From: Basidiobolus meristosporus CBS 931.73
Taxonomy: Eukaryota > Fungi > Basidiobolomycota
Length of the DNA stretch: 64,000 nt
Assembly: GCA_002104905.1 (NCBI GenBank)
Contig: MCFE01000112.1
Span: forward strand, 62,001 to 126,000
Reading direction: 5' to 3'
Every line of letters starts with the position of its first letter. Position 1 is the stretch's first letter. The notes beneath the pieces are model-generated. The model saw only the letters and a program-made list of their open reading frames with translations, had not been told where the DNA came from and made no database searches. The translations under genes were made by a program, and so were the position numbers. Shown here piece by piece: positions 51,802-64,000 of this stretch.

Positions 51802-52410
51802 CCCAAGTGTAAATACTAATATGACCAATACCAAGGAGCACAATGCAAAACAGTTGAAAATGTGAAAATCACATGGCAATTGGGCAGGTGGTGGAGCTAT
51901 AAATAGATCATGATATGGGATAAAAACAAGTCAAATATGAGATTAGTTATTCTTGGGTTAAGGAATATGAGTTGGGGCACTCTATTTTCTGACTTGGTGA
52001 ACTTGACTAAAATCATCAGAAAATGCCCTTACAAGACTTGCAATTTGGTGGATAAGCAAATAAATGTTCATCATGACTTATTTCATAGGCATAGACTTAA
52101 GCTAACAAGACTTCCAGAGAATGTGTAACAATCAATATATTGTAACCACAAAACAAAGAATCCAGGAGAACCATCTCAATCTTAGTTGGAGAGAAAGCTT
52201 TCATCTACCACTTATTTGACTAAGTTAGGTCCATAATTAGTCAAGATATTTAGGAACTAGTAGTAACCTAGCCATATTATTACCTATGAGGTCAGTATCA
52301 TGTGCTACCAGAAGAGTAAGCAGATCCTTATCAGCCAAAAACAGTGATATTCAGTTTGATCCTGTAAGAAGTTGACGCAACCTCAATAAAAATCAGTTCA
52401 AGTTTCAGAG
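51802..52410 (+). mobile_element. Old gypsy-subfamily integrase tail and partial LTR, paralog of 33800-34400
   Basis: HRHRLKLTRLPENV and GEPSQS-stop, then LTR-like sequence up to CCTCAATAAAAATCAGTTCAAG, where copy F is inserted. Confidence 0.7.
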
Positions 52411-55400
52411 TGTTATGATATACTGCTTGAATGTTAAGTTAGATCAGTTTTTAGTTAAATCAATTGGTTTTATGTTTAGCCTATTAGTATATCAGTGTTA
52501 TCTATCAAATTAGTAGTATTAGTCAGCAGATGAATCAGCAGATTCTTATTGGACAGAAATAGTTATATTAAGTAGGATCTAATAGGGTGATGATGATGCA
52601 ATCAAATGAGTCATCAGCCACAGCCTACATTAGGAGATACAATTGGTCAGCAACTGATCTGACAAAATGTATGTAAGGAACTGCTGGAACCTCAATAAAA
52701 ATCAGTTCAAGTTCTAGTAAATACAATACCAGCTAAACTCCCTATTCCTCTACAAACTCTTATATCAAGAATTGTAACATTGGTAGCAGCAATGACCAGA
52801 AACCTCCCTCCTGAAGAAGGAAGAAACCACCCTCAAGATGTTAGACAAGCAACAATGGAAGAATGCCATGCAGCAAATCCTGGCCCAACTGCAACAGTTA
52901 CTCCATATCCTCAGCCAACAGCAACAAGGAATGACTACCATGGCCCAGAGCCCACAAAGCCCTGTCAAGAGCAACTTTAGTGTGAAGGTCAACTGGTACC
53001 ATGGCAGAGTCAATGAAAAACTGGTAGCTTGGCTCTTCCGGATTGAAGAAGCTTTTAAGGCTAAAGGAATTGCTCCAGAAAGTAAGTTGCATTATGCAGC
53101 TTTACAGTGGTACCACATCAAGATCAGGTCGGCCACTATGATGGGATGCTCTACAATCTCTACCTGGGATGAGTTTGTGTTGGAAATTCAGGATGCTTTT
53201 GAAGCTCCTCACCAGCAGACACTACTAAGAAGGAAGTTAAAGACACTCAGACAGAAAGGAATGGTGCAAGAATATATCTATGAGTACAGATGTCTACTTG
53301 GACAAATTGAAAGAATGGACCTCCTGGATCAAGTTGAATACTTTATTGATGGGTTGAAAGAAAGATCTTATAAGGAAGTGAATTATCAAAGACCTCAGAC
53401 TATTGAAGAAGCCATCAAGATTGCCATTGACTATGACTCAGCTATGTTTGGAGTTGGGAAGCCTACAGTGACTAATCAGAAAGGCTACAATTACTATGAA
53501 AGAAGACAGTCAGAACCAGTACCCATTGAAATAGATGCTGTGCAGAAGAGCCCTACCTCAGAAGAATGCAGAAAGAAAGGACTTTGTTTCAATTACCACC
53601 AGCCAGGACATATCTCAAAATACTGCCCTCAGAGAAGAAATGGACACCAGTCAATAAGAACCTTCAACCATATTGAGTCCCATGACCACAGTAATGTGGT
53701 GGATGAACTTGAAGAAGACTTGGAACTCACTTTCCATATGACAGAAGAGTACTTGTCCCAAATGACCTCAAGCTCAGGGAAGCTATTGTACTTAAATGGA
53801 GTAATCAATGGAGTACCAGCCAAGATCATGACTGACTCATGAGCCTCACAAGAGTACATGTCAGAACAACTTGCCTTGAAAGCTGGAATCAACTCAGAAC
53901 CTAACAAATCAACTTCAGTCTCAACAGCCAATGGGAACTCTCACATAATCAACCGTATTACCCAGCCAGTAAGAATGAAGATCAATGACTATGAAAAAGA
54001 CTCACAGGCCTATATATTTGGGAACTGCAAGTTTGACCTTGCACTTGGAAAAACCTGGCTATTTTGTTGCAATCCATCAATCAGCTGTAGAACCCATGCT
54101 ATTCAGATCCAAAAGAACAACAACACTCATGAACTATTACCTGTCAGACTGGATTTCAACTTGGTCAATTCCAATATGTGTGAAACAAGTGAACTTAACA
54201 AGACCCAGATCTGTAGAGCACTTAGAAAAGTTACTCATATGTTCCTCATGGCAGTATTACAGGAGGATTCCTCTACCCCAGCACCCCAGAAGGTCCAGAC
54301 ATCAGTGCTTTTGTGAAAAAGAAGAATGGAACACTTAGGATGTGCGTTGCCTACAGAGCCCTGAGCTCAGTTACTGTCAAGAATAAGTACCCCATACCTT
54401 GGATTGATGAGCTTTTGGACCAACTTAATGAAGCCACCATATTCAGCAAGATTGACCTCATGTCAGGATACAACCATATTAGGGTGAAACCAGAAGACAT
54501 CCCTAAGACAGCTTACAGGACCAGATATGGACATTACAAGTACTTAGTCATGAGTTTTGGCCTCACCAATGCCCCAGCAACATTCACAACTCTGATGCAG
54601 ACTGTCTTCCAGGAGTACTTAGACAAGTTTGTGATAATCTACCTGGATGACATATTGTTATACAGCAAGACAGAAGGGGATCACTTGGTGCACATTGAAA
54701 AGGTCTTAATGAAGCTAAGAGAAAACAAGCTATATGGCAAGCTAGCCAAGTGTGAATTCTTCAAGGAACACATTAAATATCTGGGACACATAGTGACTAG
54801 CACAGGAGTGACCTTAGACCCTAAGAAGGTTGAAGTTATCAAGAATTTGAACCTGCCCCATAGCATATCAGAACTCAGATCATTCCTTGGAATGGTATCC
54901 TATTATTGGAGATTTGTCAAGTCCTTTGCAAGCATTGCAGCCCCTTGAACTGATATCCTCAAGAAAGACAACACCTACAAGTGGGACATAGCCTGTGAGA
55001 CTGCCTTTCAGATGCTCAAGAATGAACTTGCAAAGCTGCCAAGCTTAAGAATACCTGACTTCAGAAAAGAGTTTATCCTGTGCACAGATGCTTTGGATTA
55101 TGCACTTGGTAGAGTACTGAGCCAAGAACACAAGGGAAAGAGCTACCCAGTTGCCTTTGAATCCAAAAAACTGAACTCAGCAGAACAAAACTATCTGGTG
55201 CATGAGAAGGAGATGCTTCCAATAATACACTGCCTGAAGACATGGAGATGCAATATTGAAGGAGTCAAATGCACTGTAAAGACTGATCATGCCTCACTCC
55301 AGTATATATTTACTTGGAAGGTTCTATTCAGAAGAATGACAAGATGGTGTGAGTACATTCAGCAATTTGACTTGGAGACTGTCTACTGCCCTAGGAAAAG

Positions 55401-56902
55401 CAACACAATTGCTGATGCCTTATCAAGACTAGAACAAGTGGCACAACTCAACTTGGTGCATGAGTCAGATTGGCCTAGCTTATTACCTCAGTATTTGGAG
55501 GACCAAGCCATTCCTAATGAGGTGGATGAAGAGATCAAGAAGATAATCCGGGAGGAAGCCAGCAAATTTGTAGTACAGGATGAAACACTCTACCAAATTG
55601 TTGATGGAAGCCCTATTGCCTAATGTACTTATGTTGCTTGCCTGGATTTAATACATTAGCTACACAATGGATATGGACATTTTGGGATTGAAGGAACCTA
55701 TAGCCTTCTGAAAGCCAGAGCATTGTGGCCCAGAATGAAACAAGATATTGAGAAGCTAGTGAAAACATGCCCAAACTGCCAAATCAATCAAGGCCAGCCA
55801 CATAGAATATCCAAACTCTTCCCTTTGGAGCCTGTAAGACCATTTGGGAGAAGGGGAATTGACTTTATTGGAAGACTGCCAACCACCAGGAAATGCAACC
55901 TTTGGATCCTAGTAGCAATTGACCATGCTACTAAATGGCCAGTTGCTAAAGCTGCACCAATAGCCAGTGAACTAGAAGTTGCAAGTTTCATTTACCATGA
56001 GATCCTGATGAAGTTTGGATGCCCTGTGGAGATATTATCTGATAGAGGAGCAAACTTTATGGCAAAAGCATTGGAAGCTTACCAGGAAATGTAGCAGATC
56101 AAACACTTGAAAACCTCAGCATATCACCCCAGAACTAGTGAGTCACTGAACGCTTTAATGGATTATTTGGAAAAATGCTGACCAAGTATGCAAATGGAGC
56201 TGTCAGTAGATGGGATGAGTATATAGATCAAGCACTTTTTGCCTGCAGAGCAAGCATGCACAACACTACCCAACAATTCCCATTTTACTTAGTGTTTGGA
56301 TGTGAGCCAAGGATTCCAGGAGATCTCACACAACCCAAGCATACAGACACCTTAGAAGATGAACTCAGTCAGCCCAGTAGTCACCAGCAATTGGAACAAA
56401 GACATCAAGAGGCGCAGGCCAAAGTATCTTGGAGTGCAGAAAAGATGAAGCAGAGATTTGATAAGACCATAGCACCAGAAGCATTGACAGTTGGGAACTT
56501 TGTATTACTAAGAAACATCACTTGGAAGACATTTGAGCCACAATGGACAGTACCATTCAAGATCATCAGAGAATGTCCATTTGCAACTTACCAACTAGTG
56601 GATAAACAAGGGAATATCCGGGAAGATTTAGTTCATGGAGACAGACTCAAGCTTGCAAGACTTGCTGACAATACTGAACCACCAAGATATTGGTATCACA
56701 AGAAAAGAGACTCAGGAGAACCCTCTCAACTTTAGTGGGTAGAATGTTATGATCTACCACTTGAATGTTAAGTTAGATCAGTTTTAGTTAAATCAATTAG
56801 TTTTATGTTTAGCCTATCAGTATATCAGTGTTATCTATCAAATCAGTAATATTAGTTAGCAGATGAATCAGCCAATCCTTATCAGACAGAAATACTTGTA
56901 TT
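52411..56902 (+). mobile_element. Defective Ty3/gypsy copy F; 3' LTR (from 56745) cut by the PHIS left TIR
   Basis: 5' LTR 52411-52779, PBS, fragmented gag-pol ORFs, deletion of about 210 bp near 54300, PPT. Confidence 0.93.
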
Positions 56903-57645
56903 AGACTTGTTCCATTGTACTGTGCCAGGGTGCGCGGCGCAATCCGTGGTTGTAAAGAACAATTGGGCGCAATTTTATAGGTACCAGTAGGCAGTATTGT
57001 TCTTGGACAATTTTACACTATGTGGGACAATCTTGCACACTATGGCACAATCTGACACAATGAGGTTGGCACAGATGATTGCGCCAACTCATAATGTTTG
57101 CATCATGTGCGCAATTGGATACCACTATTATAGCAGGAAAAATCCAGTAATTGGATATGTTTCTTTGATGTAAATTGAAATAAATGTGTATCACACTATA
57201 AACTACACTGATACTTACCATTTTGGCTACCATCACTCCAATTGGATGGTATCTCAGTGGTTAATTGGCCTAAAAGTATCCTGAAGCTGGCAGCCCCTAA
57301 TTGGCTCATTGACTACTAAACAAGCTACCTGATTTGCCATCAAATATCCCATTTTGCCCATTGAGCAAGTAAATCCCTGAAGCTAGTGACTGGACAAGGT
57401 GTCATAGCTAGCATGTGAGCAGTTGGGTAGGTGCAAAACAGATCCAATAGCTGCACTGGTATTACCAATGATGTATATATATGCAGGGTGTTTATTTATA
57501 GGGGTTCTGTCTCAAATGTGAGACAACCTCGATATTACTTATATCAAAAACTTGATGATCACTGATTTGCAATGGCTCAATTCTGATTGCAAAAAAAATG
57601 TTTTGTCAGGATCATTACTAATAATAGTAATTCATAGCAATTGCA

Positions 57646-58865
57646 TCATCTTCTCCTGGGTTTTTTCTCACAGGAGTTACTACTGAGCATTTGGTAGTGA
57701 CTCACTTTGCACACCTATACTACTTCCTTGTTGACTATCAACTTGGCTAAATGTGTATTTGTAGTCAGTATTTTGCCTCCTAGTTGATGGGTGCAATGCT
57801 GCAGCTTGGCTGAGCTGGACTGAGCCAACTGAACTGGCCTGGAGTGCCACACGCTGACACGTTCTTTTACTTGCCAAGGGCTCTGGTGGTTGAGGCACTT
57901 CAAGTGGGTCATCATAAGTCAGTTCACCAGAAGTAACATGCTGATAGTCAGGCAGAACAGCATGCACAGGCACAACTTGATGCGTTGAGATGGCCCTTGG
58001 CAGAGCTCAATGTGATGCTGCTTGATGACGCAACTTGGTCTGCTCCAATGGACTTGTGTCTAAATGAGCAGTTTGGCAAGTTCTGGTAGCTTTGCTCTAT
58101 AGTGCGCTCATTGACTCAATGTGGGGCATTCTGGTAAAGGGTGTTAGTGTTGTCTGGGCTGATGTGTGCCGGCGCACTGTGGTTGCAAGAGATGGTAAGG
58201 AATCTAGCAAGGCATGCTGGTGCAATCTTGACAATGTTGCTTGCGGTCTGTATTCTTTCTCCTGAAGCTCATCATCTGATTCCTCAAGGTATTCACTTAC
58301 CCTCTGTCTGATACTTTGGTGCTGTTGCCTGGATGAGTCCTATGTATATTGCTCTTGGAAGCCACTTAGCTCTACTAATATATCATGTAGTACATTAGTA
58401 ATCTGAGGCAAAAACTCATTCAAAATCTCTTTGGCTCCCAAAGTTGAGGCACAAATGGACACATCCGGCCAGACTGTTCAAATTGCGCGCAAAATTGTTC
58501 CCGTGTGGCTTCTTCATCAAATCCCCTCACTCTGAGCTCATTCTTGCTTTCAATACTTGTCTTGTTAAATATCTTCTTACATACATTGGCTGGCATCTTG
58601 ATGTAATACTCATGCCACAGATTTCTACTCAAATTCTTCCATCTTTGCCAACTCTCTAGGTATCTAGTTCTGCTAAATTAATCAGTAGTGCTCAAATATC
58701 TGTATGAAGGCTCATTATAGACACTTGGGCCATACTAAAATCATCTGGCAACAACTTGAACAGATCAAACATTGACTTTTCCGGTCCAGACCGTGCTTGT
58801 GAGCTGAGGGATGAGTTTTGTCTGGGTTGTACTAAAGATCAGTTGAGACTTGGTATGGGGACCAT
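57646..58865 (-). pseudogene. Decayed ORF2 of PHIS copy B
   Basis: Colinear with 139-1380, with many CpG>TpG/CpA changes, stops and small indels. Confidence 0.8.
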
Positions 58866-59224
58866 AGCAACAGACTTGGATACTAATACAGCATTATATT
58901 GGCATCAACCTGGTCTTATATGAAATATATATAAAAACTAATGTGATTGTTGAATTTTTCATATATTATGCATGATGCATCTTGGATTGCATTGACACAG
59001 ATAAGATCACATCAATTGCAGATTTCCTATTAGATTATAGACCTATGAGTAAAGCATCTATAAAAGTACCAAGGCATTGTTTGAGGATGATTTTTGCAAC
59101 ATAATGATGGGATACATGGCAATTGATGGAGATTTAATCATAATGCATTAAAAATCAGATAAATAATGCAGATCACGTCATATTGAATCAAATCAGCTCC
59201 ATACAATCTTCCACCAATTTTAAT

Positions 59225-59684
59225 ATGACTTACTCATCTCAATGGTCTTTTCTCATCAATTCCTTCACTACCACTGGATTTCCTTTTGACACACTGGAGG
59301 AGATCTATTCCAAGTACTGTGGACCTTCTACACCAACCTACTTAAGGAAATCCCTTGTTAAGCTTCTCTGCTATTACATGAACTATTGCCCTACAAGACT
59401 TTATCCCACCATCCATGGCAACAAAAGTCCTAGAAACTTTCATTCCCATCTGACAGCAATGGAGAACCACCTTGCAGAGTGTATGAATGACTTAGAGCAA
59501 GCTTGGAATACTAGGATCAGAAGCTCTAATAGACTTGCATATCCCAAGTAAATACAGAGGAAAGTTATATATAGGACAAAACAGCAGAATAGGTAAGACA
59601 GTTAAGATATTTCTTAATGCTCAGTATGTTCATACACAAAGACATCCACTGAGAGAAATGTGTCTGGAGCATTATGAAGAGTAA
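59225..59684 (+). pseudogene. PHIS transposase pseudogene lacking the catalytic core
   Basis: Junction ATATCCCAAG|TAAATACAGAGG near 59548 removes about 430 bp (about residues 107-250, including D121, D192 and E236). Confidence 0.88.
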
Positions 59685-59857
59685 ATAAAGCAGGGAAAGC
59701 ACTATTCTAAGCCACATAAGTAAGATTGAGTAAAATTACCAGCAACTGTATTGTACTACTGGCATCATGGTAGAAATTATAGTGCCAGATGGTGCCATAG
59801 AGTGCCAGATCAATCTGGCACTGTAAACAGGCTGGCACTATTGAACAGAACAAGTCT

Positions 59858-60760
59858 AATGCTCATGGAACAAGTCAAGCGCATTCAGCTTGGCCTTGGT
59901 TCCTGATGGTCCCATGCTATGCTGGCCTTAAGGTGATGGCATGCTAGACTTCTTACAGCCTCTTGAATATTAGCCCACTCTTCATTATTGCACTCAACAG
60001 CTTCACAGATCTTCAATGTCTTTTGATCTTTAGGCTTTGGTATAAACACCACATTGTCACCCTCCCATGCTGTGATAGGTTTTTCTGTGGGCTTTATCTT
60101 TGGGCACTGTTGTTGTGCTTCAAAGACTGTGCAGTGTTACTCTGCTGTTACATTGGGACATGGCTCAATTCTTGACTGTGACATTGAGCTACTTGAGTTT
60201 CTTCTTTGCAGAAAAGATAATGCTTTCTCTACCTGGGATATTGATTGTTCTACAGGTATTATCTGCTCATCCTGTTTCTGGACTATATCCTGATTTCTCT
60301 GGGCCATTGCATCTATCCTAGCAGCCACTGCACCTAATTGCTTCATTAATGCTTTGGTATGAACTGACAACATACTTGCTAATATGGGAGTGGTGATGTT
60401 ATAACAGCCACTTGCCAGTCTTCAACTGAGGGTACTGCATTTGCTATATTCTCATCTGCCTGAGCATAATGGTCTGCCTGCGGCTCTGCACAGGTTCTCA
60501 ATTGCCTACTGGACTGAGAGCCTGAGGAGTTTGCATTATTACCTTCAGTGGGCACACTGTCAACATGGGCTTTTTTGGTTGTAGCCCTGCTTGTTGCACT
60601 GAATGTCAAAGCAAGCTGTTGTCCAATGGTTCTTCTGCTGCTGTCAGCAGTGAGGTTTGGTTGGGAACCAGACAACTTTGCTTTATTTTTTGGCAGCCTA
60701 TATATGGAAGTGAGTCAAACCAAAGGGGAAATAGTGTTACATATATGTGTGTATATGGTG
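59858..60760 (-). pseudogene. CACTA-like accessory ORF remnant, copy B
   Basis: ORF pieces 60379-60675 and 60137-60373; about 400 bp longer at its 3' end than the copy at 2808. Confidence 0.5.
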
Positions 60761-61097
60761 CCACAACTTTATTTATAATGCCCACTATGGTGGGTCATCA
60801 TTGAATTTTACATTCATGTAGGTGCAATGTCTCAAATACCAGACTCTCTTAAATTCACATAAGTATCAACCAAAAAGTGATATAATAGCATTATGTTGTT
60901 GAAGATCAAACTGTTTGCCCCATGGACAAGGCTACTTTGATTCAATGCCATAAGCAAAGAGAAAAAAGACCATATGGCTATTGTAGCAAGCACGCAGACA
61001 GCATAGGAAGTAATACTAGGATCACGCCCAGTGTTTTGCCACACATGTCATATTTGACCATTCATCAGTCACTACTGTACCAACATTATCTTGCCGG

Positions 61098-61901
61098 TGT
61101 GGTAGGGTAAACATACCTCCCACAGACAAGTTTATTCATATAGTCATTATGATATACTTATCCATATTTTATCTTATCAGTATTATCCCATTCTTCTTTT
61201 GCCAATATTATCAGTATTATCCCCATATGACGTTTACCCTGATTAGTTATTAGCATTAGTTATCCCAGATGTTATTCAGCTTTGTGATCAGTAGATGTAT
61301 CTATATAAGGCAAGCACCCGTGTCAGTACCCAAGACACATGACCTAGGTCTGTGTTACCATCCCTACCATTTCAATACCATATATGGTATTTCTATGTTG
61401 CACAGGTTTCAGACTACTGATTGCTGATTGGTTGAATGTGCTGTGCCTTTTAGAACCTTCCAGGACATTCTTGGCATATTTTTAGCTCATAGTGATGTCA
61501 TCAAGAGTTCCACTGATACCTAGAATCTTCTAGAACCTTGTCATTAGTAATCACTTGGCAATCAGGAAAAGTACTTAAGGGAAAGCAATCCCTCATCAAT
61601 AAATCATCCCTTCTACCAGTAACACTTCTACCTTATTGATTAGCAGTTGATCACTGCACCTGCCTTCAACAGTACATCTCAGACCTGCCATCAAGGAGCT
61701 TTTCAGGGTAGTGCACAAGACACACAGAGGCCTTTGGAGACACTTGGAGCACCTAGGAAGCTAGAGAGGCAGGAGCTTTTACCATAGTGACATATTGACA
61801 AAGACACCAGCAGTTTAGACACAGAGGTTATTGCACCCATCAGACACCTCACACACCTTGAGTTGTGTAGCTTCTCCCAGGAGTACCTCTACACCATCAC
61901 A
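61098..61901 (+). mobile_element. Solo LTR (804 bp); strand is relative
   Basis: TGTGGTAG...CCATCACA with perfect 4-bp TSD CCGG/CCGG; empty site TTGCTGGCCAGC near 3657-3668. Confidence 0.9.
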
Positions 61902-63012
61902 CCGGCCAGCTGATGCTTCTGTATTAGCACCTGGCTGTCTTTGTCACCTTGCACAAACTGAGTCAGGCAAGTTTGTGACGCCTTTAGGCTCACCTCAGCC
62001 TTCTGAATATGGCTTGCAGTGTGATAGCTTTGACAAACAAGACTCACTGATGGATTGTGAGCCTATCTCCCCTAGCAACAGTACCCCGCATGAGCCCAGT
62101 CAAATCCTGGAATGCAATGAGACAACACCCATTGAAACAAATGCCATGGATACTATATGGTGCCAAGTGAGCCCAGTAATCCATCTACTGGTGAATGATG
62201 TAAAGTTGTGGCTAGAGAAGTGGCACATTTCCACCAATATTAGTAATGGAGGCCTTGAGGATTTACTATTACTTCTTGCCAAAATGATTCTGGGATGCAA
62301 CTTACCATGTACATGGTACAAGTGGACTACCGTCATGTGGCTGGCAACATATGACCCAGAGATCATCCTGATACCAGCATGTGTTAACAGTTGCATGGCA
62401 TTCACATCCAAAAATGCTACAATTGCAACGTGTCCAAATTGTCAGGAATCCACCACCATTGAGGGAAAACATTGCTCACACTCTGGATATATTCCAGTAA
62501 TACCCTGTCTAAAGAAGCTCATGCAGTCCAACAAATATTGCAAAGCTATAAAGTACCGCACTCAGTATCAATCAAGCGCAAACATATCCAATATATTCAA
62601 TGGCAAACATGACAAACAGCTAAGAAGCAAGGGCTACTTTGAAGGTATGTATGACCATGCCTTTGTCTTAGCACTTAATGGATTCTCATTAAACAAGTAC
62701 TCTACCAGCAAATCCTGCTGGCCACTGATTCTCATCAACCTAGATCTACCACCTATCTTATGGTATCAGTGCAAAAATTTGATGGTAGTCTCACTGGTGT
62801 CTGGGCCTAAATTACCATCCAACCTGGATAGCTACCTGTATCCATTGCTAGATGAATTTTGTATGCTTTCCAGCAGGATAACAGTAAATGGCCATCATGT
62901 CAAAGTGCATATTATTATCTGCATTGGAGATACCCCAGCCATCAGCAAGATAGCCAGCTTTTCTGGGCACAATGGACAGTATTGCTGTCAAATGTGTGAG
63001 ATCCAGGGGATT

Positions 63013-63223
63013 AGACCTGTTCCATTGTGCCATTGATCATAGTGCCAGAAAGTGCTGTATATTTTGTTATTAATTTGATATTTCAGGGTCATATGCATGT
63101 CAATTTTGGTCTCAAATTGGCACTGTATGGCACTATCTGGCACTCTGTGGCATGATCAGGCTCTGTCTGGCATGCTATGGCACTATTGGGCACTATGATC
63201 AGCTGGAATGATGGAACAGGTCT
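63013..63223. mobile_element. 211-bp MITE of the PHIS family with variant TIR AGACCTGTTCCAT
   Basis: 13-bp perfect TIR, GTGCC/GGCAC motif clusters, flanks ATT/ATC; empty site near 4758-4785. Confidence 0.9.
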
Positions 63224-64000
63224 ATCTACTCCACAACTCTCACACATTACTATTATCCAAACACCAACACTAAGAACATCATCTTCCCACAGAGAGAACG
63301 TACAGCAGTCAGCATGCAATTGCAGCAAAGTTGGCAAGCTATAAGCCATTGGCTGGAATATGGAATCAATCAGAAACTGGAGATACTTAAGATAGAGGGT
63401 ATCTGTTAGAGCAAAAGCTTTCCACTGGGAGCAATGCATTTGCTTTTCAACAATATCCCTATACTGATGACCAAGTTGTACATGGAGCATTTCAAGCTAA
63501 ATGAGCCCTTTGAGATACTGGAGAAATTTGAAAGAATTGGCAAGATATTACAGAGTATCCACCACCCTAAGTACTGCTCACAGGCTCCAATCAGTATCCA
63601 TACGCATATTCAACAATACAAATGCAAAGACTGGATGAACTGGATATGTTTTTATTCAAGTGGTGTTCTGAAGCCATTCCTATCAAGAGTACATTGGAAG
63701 CATTGGGAGTCATATGTGGATATTGTAGGAATATTTATCCTGAAGCAGATCACCAATGCAAACTTGAAACATCTACAGCTGTTGTGCAAGGAGTTTGTAA
63801 CAGGATTGGAGCAGCTATACTACAAACATAAAGCGGACATGTAGATCTCTGCCGCCACTGTATCCATTCTCTCCCACATCTGGCTTGGTGTGTGGAGAAT
63901 ATTGGGCCTTGCTTTACCTTTTGGGAGTTTCCTATGGAGCAGATGTGTGGGGAGATAGGAAGACCAGTCAAGTTGTAGGTACTACCATATCCCAATCTCA

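Larger units (their letters stand above)
56903..59857 (+). mobile_element. PHIS element copy B, both TIRs present, defective
   Basis: ATT|AGACTTGTTCCATTG ... GAACAAGTCT|AAT; contains decayed ORF2 and a deleted transposase. Confidence 0.88.
60922..64000 (+). pseudogene. CACTA/Tnp2 transposase pseudogene, copy 3, interrupted by a solo LTR and a MITE; runs off the window
   Basis: Longest open stretch 61902-63012 has CVNSC, CPNC, INLDLPP, GPKLPSNLDSYLYPLLDEF, IGDTPAI and CCQMCEIQG; resumes at 63224 with AMHLLFNNI, KCKDWMNW and WEFPMEQ. Confidence 0.85.

Noticed and set aside
573-63995. The many 60-165 aa ORFs in the supplied track as independent genes
   Set aside because: Almost all are antisense or shifted frames over TE sequence, or fragments of broken gag-pol and transposase frames; no host gene, rRNA or tRNA signature was seen.

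Overview
Eukaryotic, probably fungal, transposon-dense region with strong CpG depletion. I recognise no host gene, rRNA, tRNA or CRISPR. Nearly all of the 64 kb is nested mobile DNA. (1) A two-gene PHIS (PIF/Harbinger-ISL2EU type) DNA transposon of about 3.4 kb has an intact DDE transposase, a divergent unknown ORF and AGACTTGTTCC TIRs. It occurs as two copies plus fold-back MITE derivatives, all on 3-bp ANT targets. (2) Three decayed CACTA/EnSpm (Tnp2-type) copies. (3) One Ty3/gypsy family: an intact 4,938-bp copy with identical LTRs, four decayed copies and older related LTRs. (4) Several Ty1/copia remnants. (5) Two further solo-LTR families. (6) An unexplained array of palindromic cores spaced about 145 bp apart. 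The most notable signals are the PHIS system and the periodic array. In the PHIS system the transposase ORF has no CpG while its partner ORF is CpG-rich, the long hairpin MITEs are near-identical, and neighbouring elements are truncated at its TIRs. All identities and counts are by-eye estimates and no database search was run.
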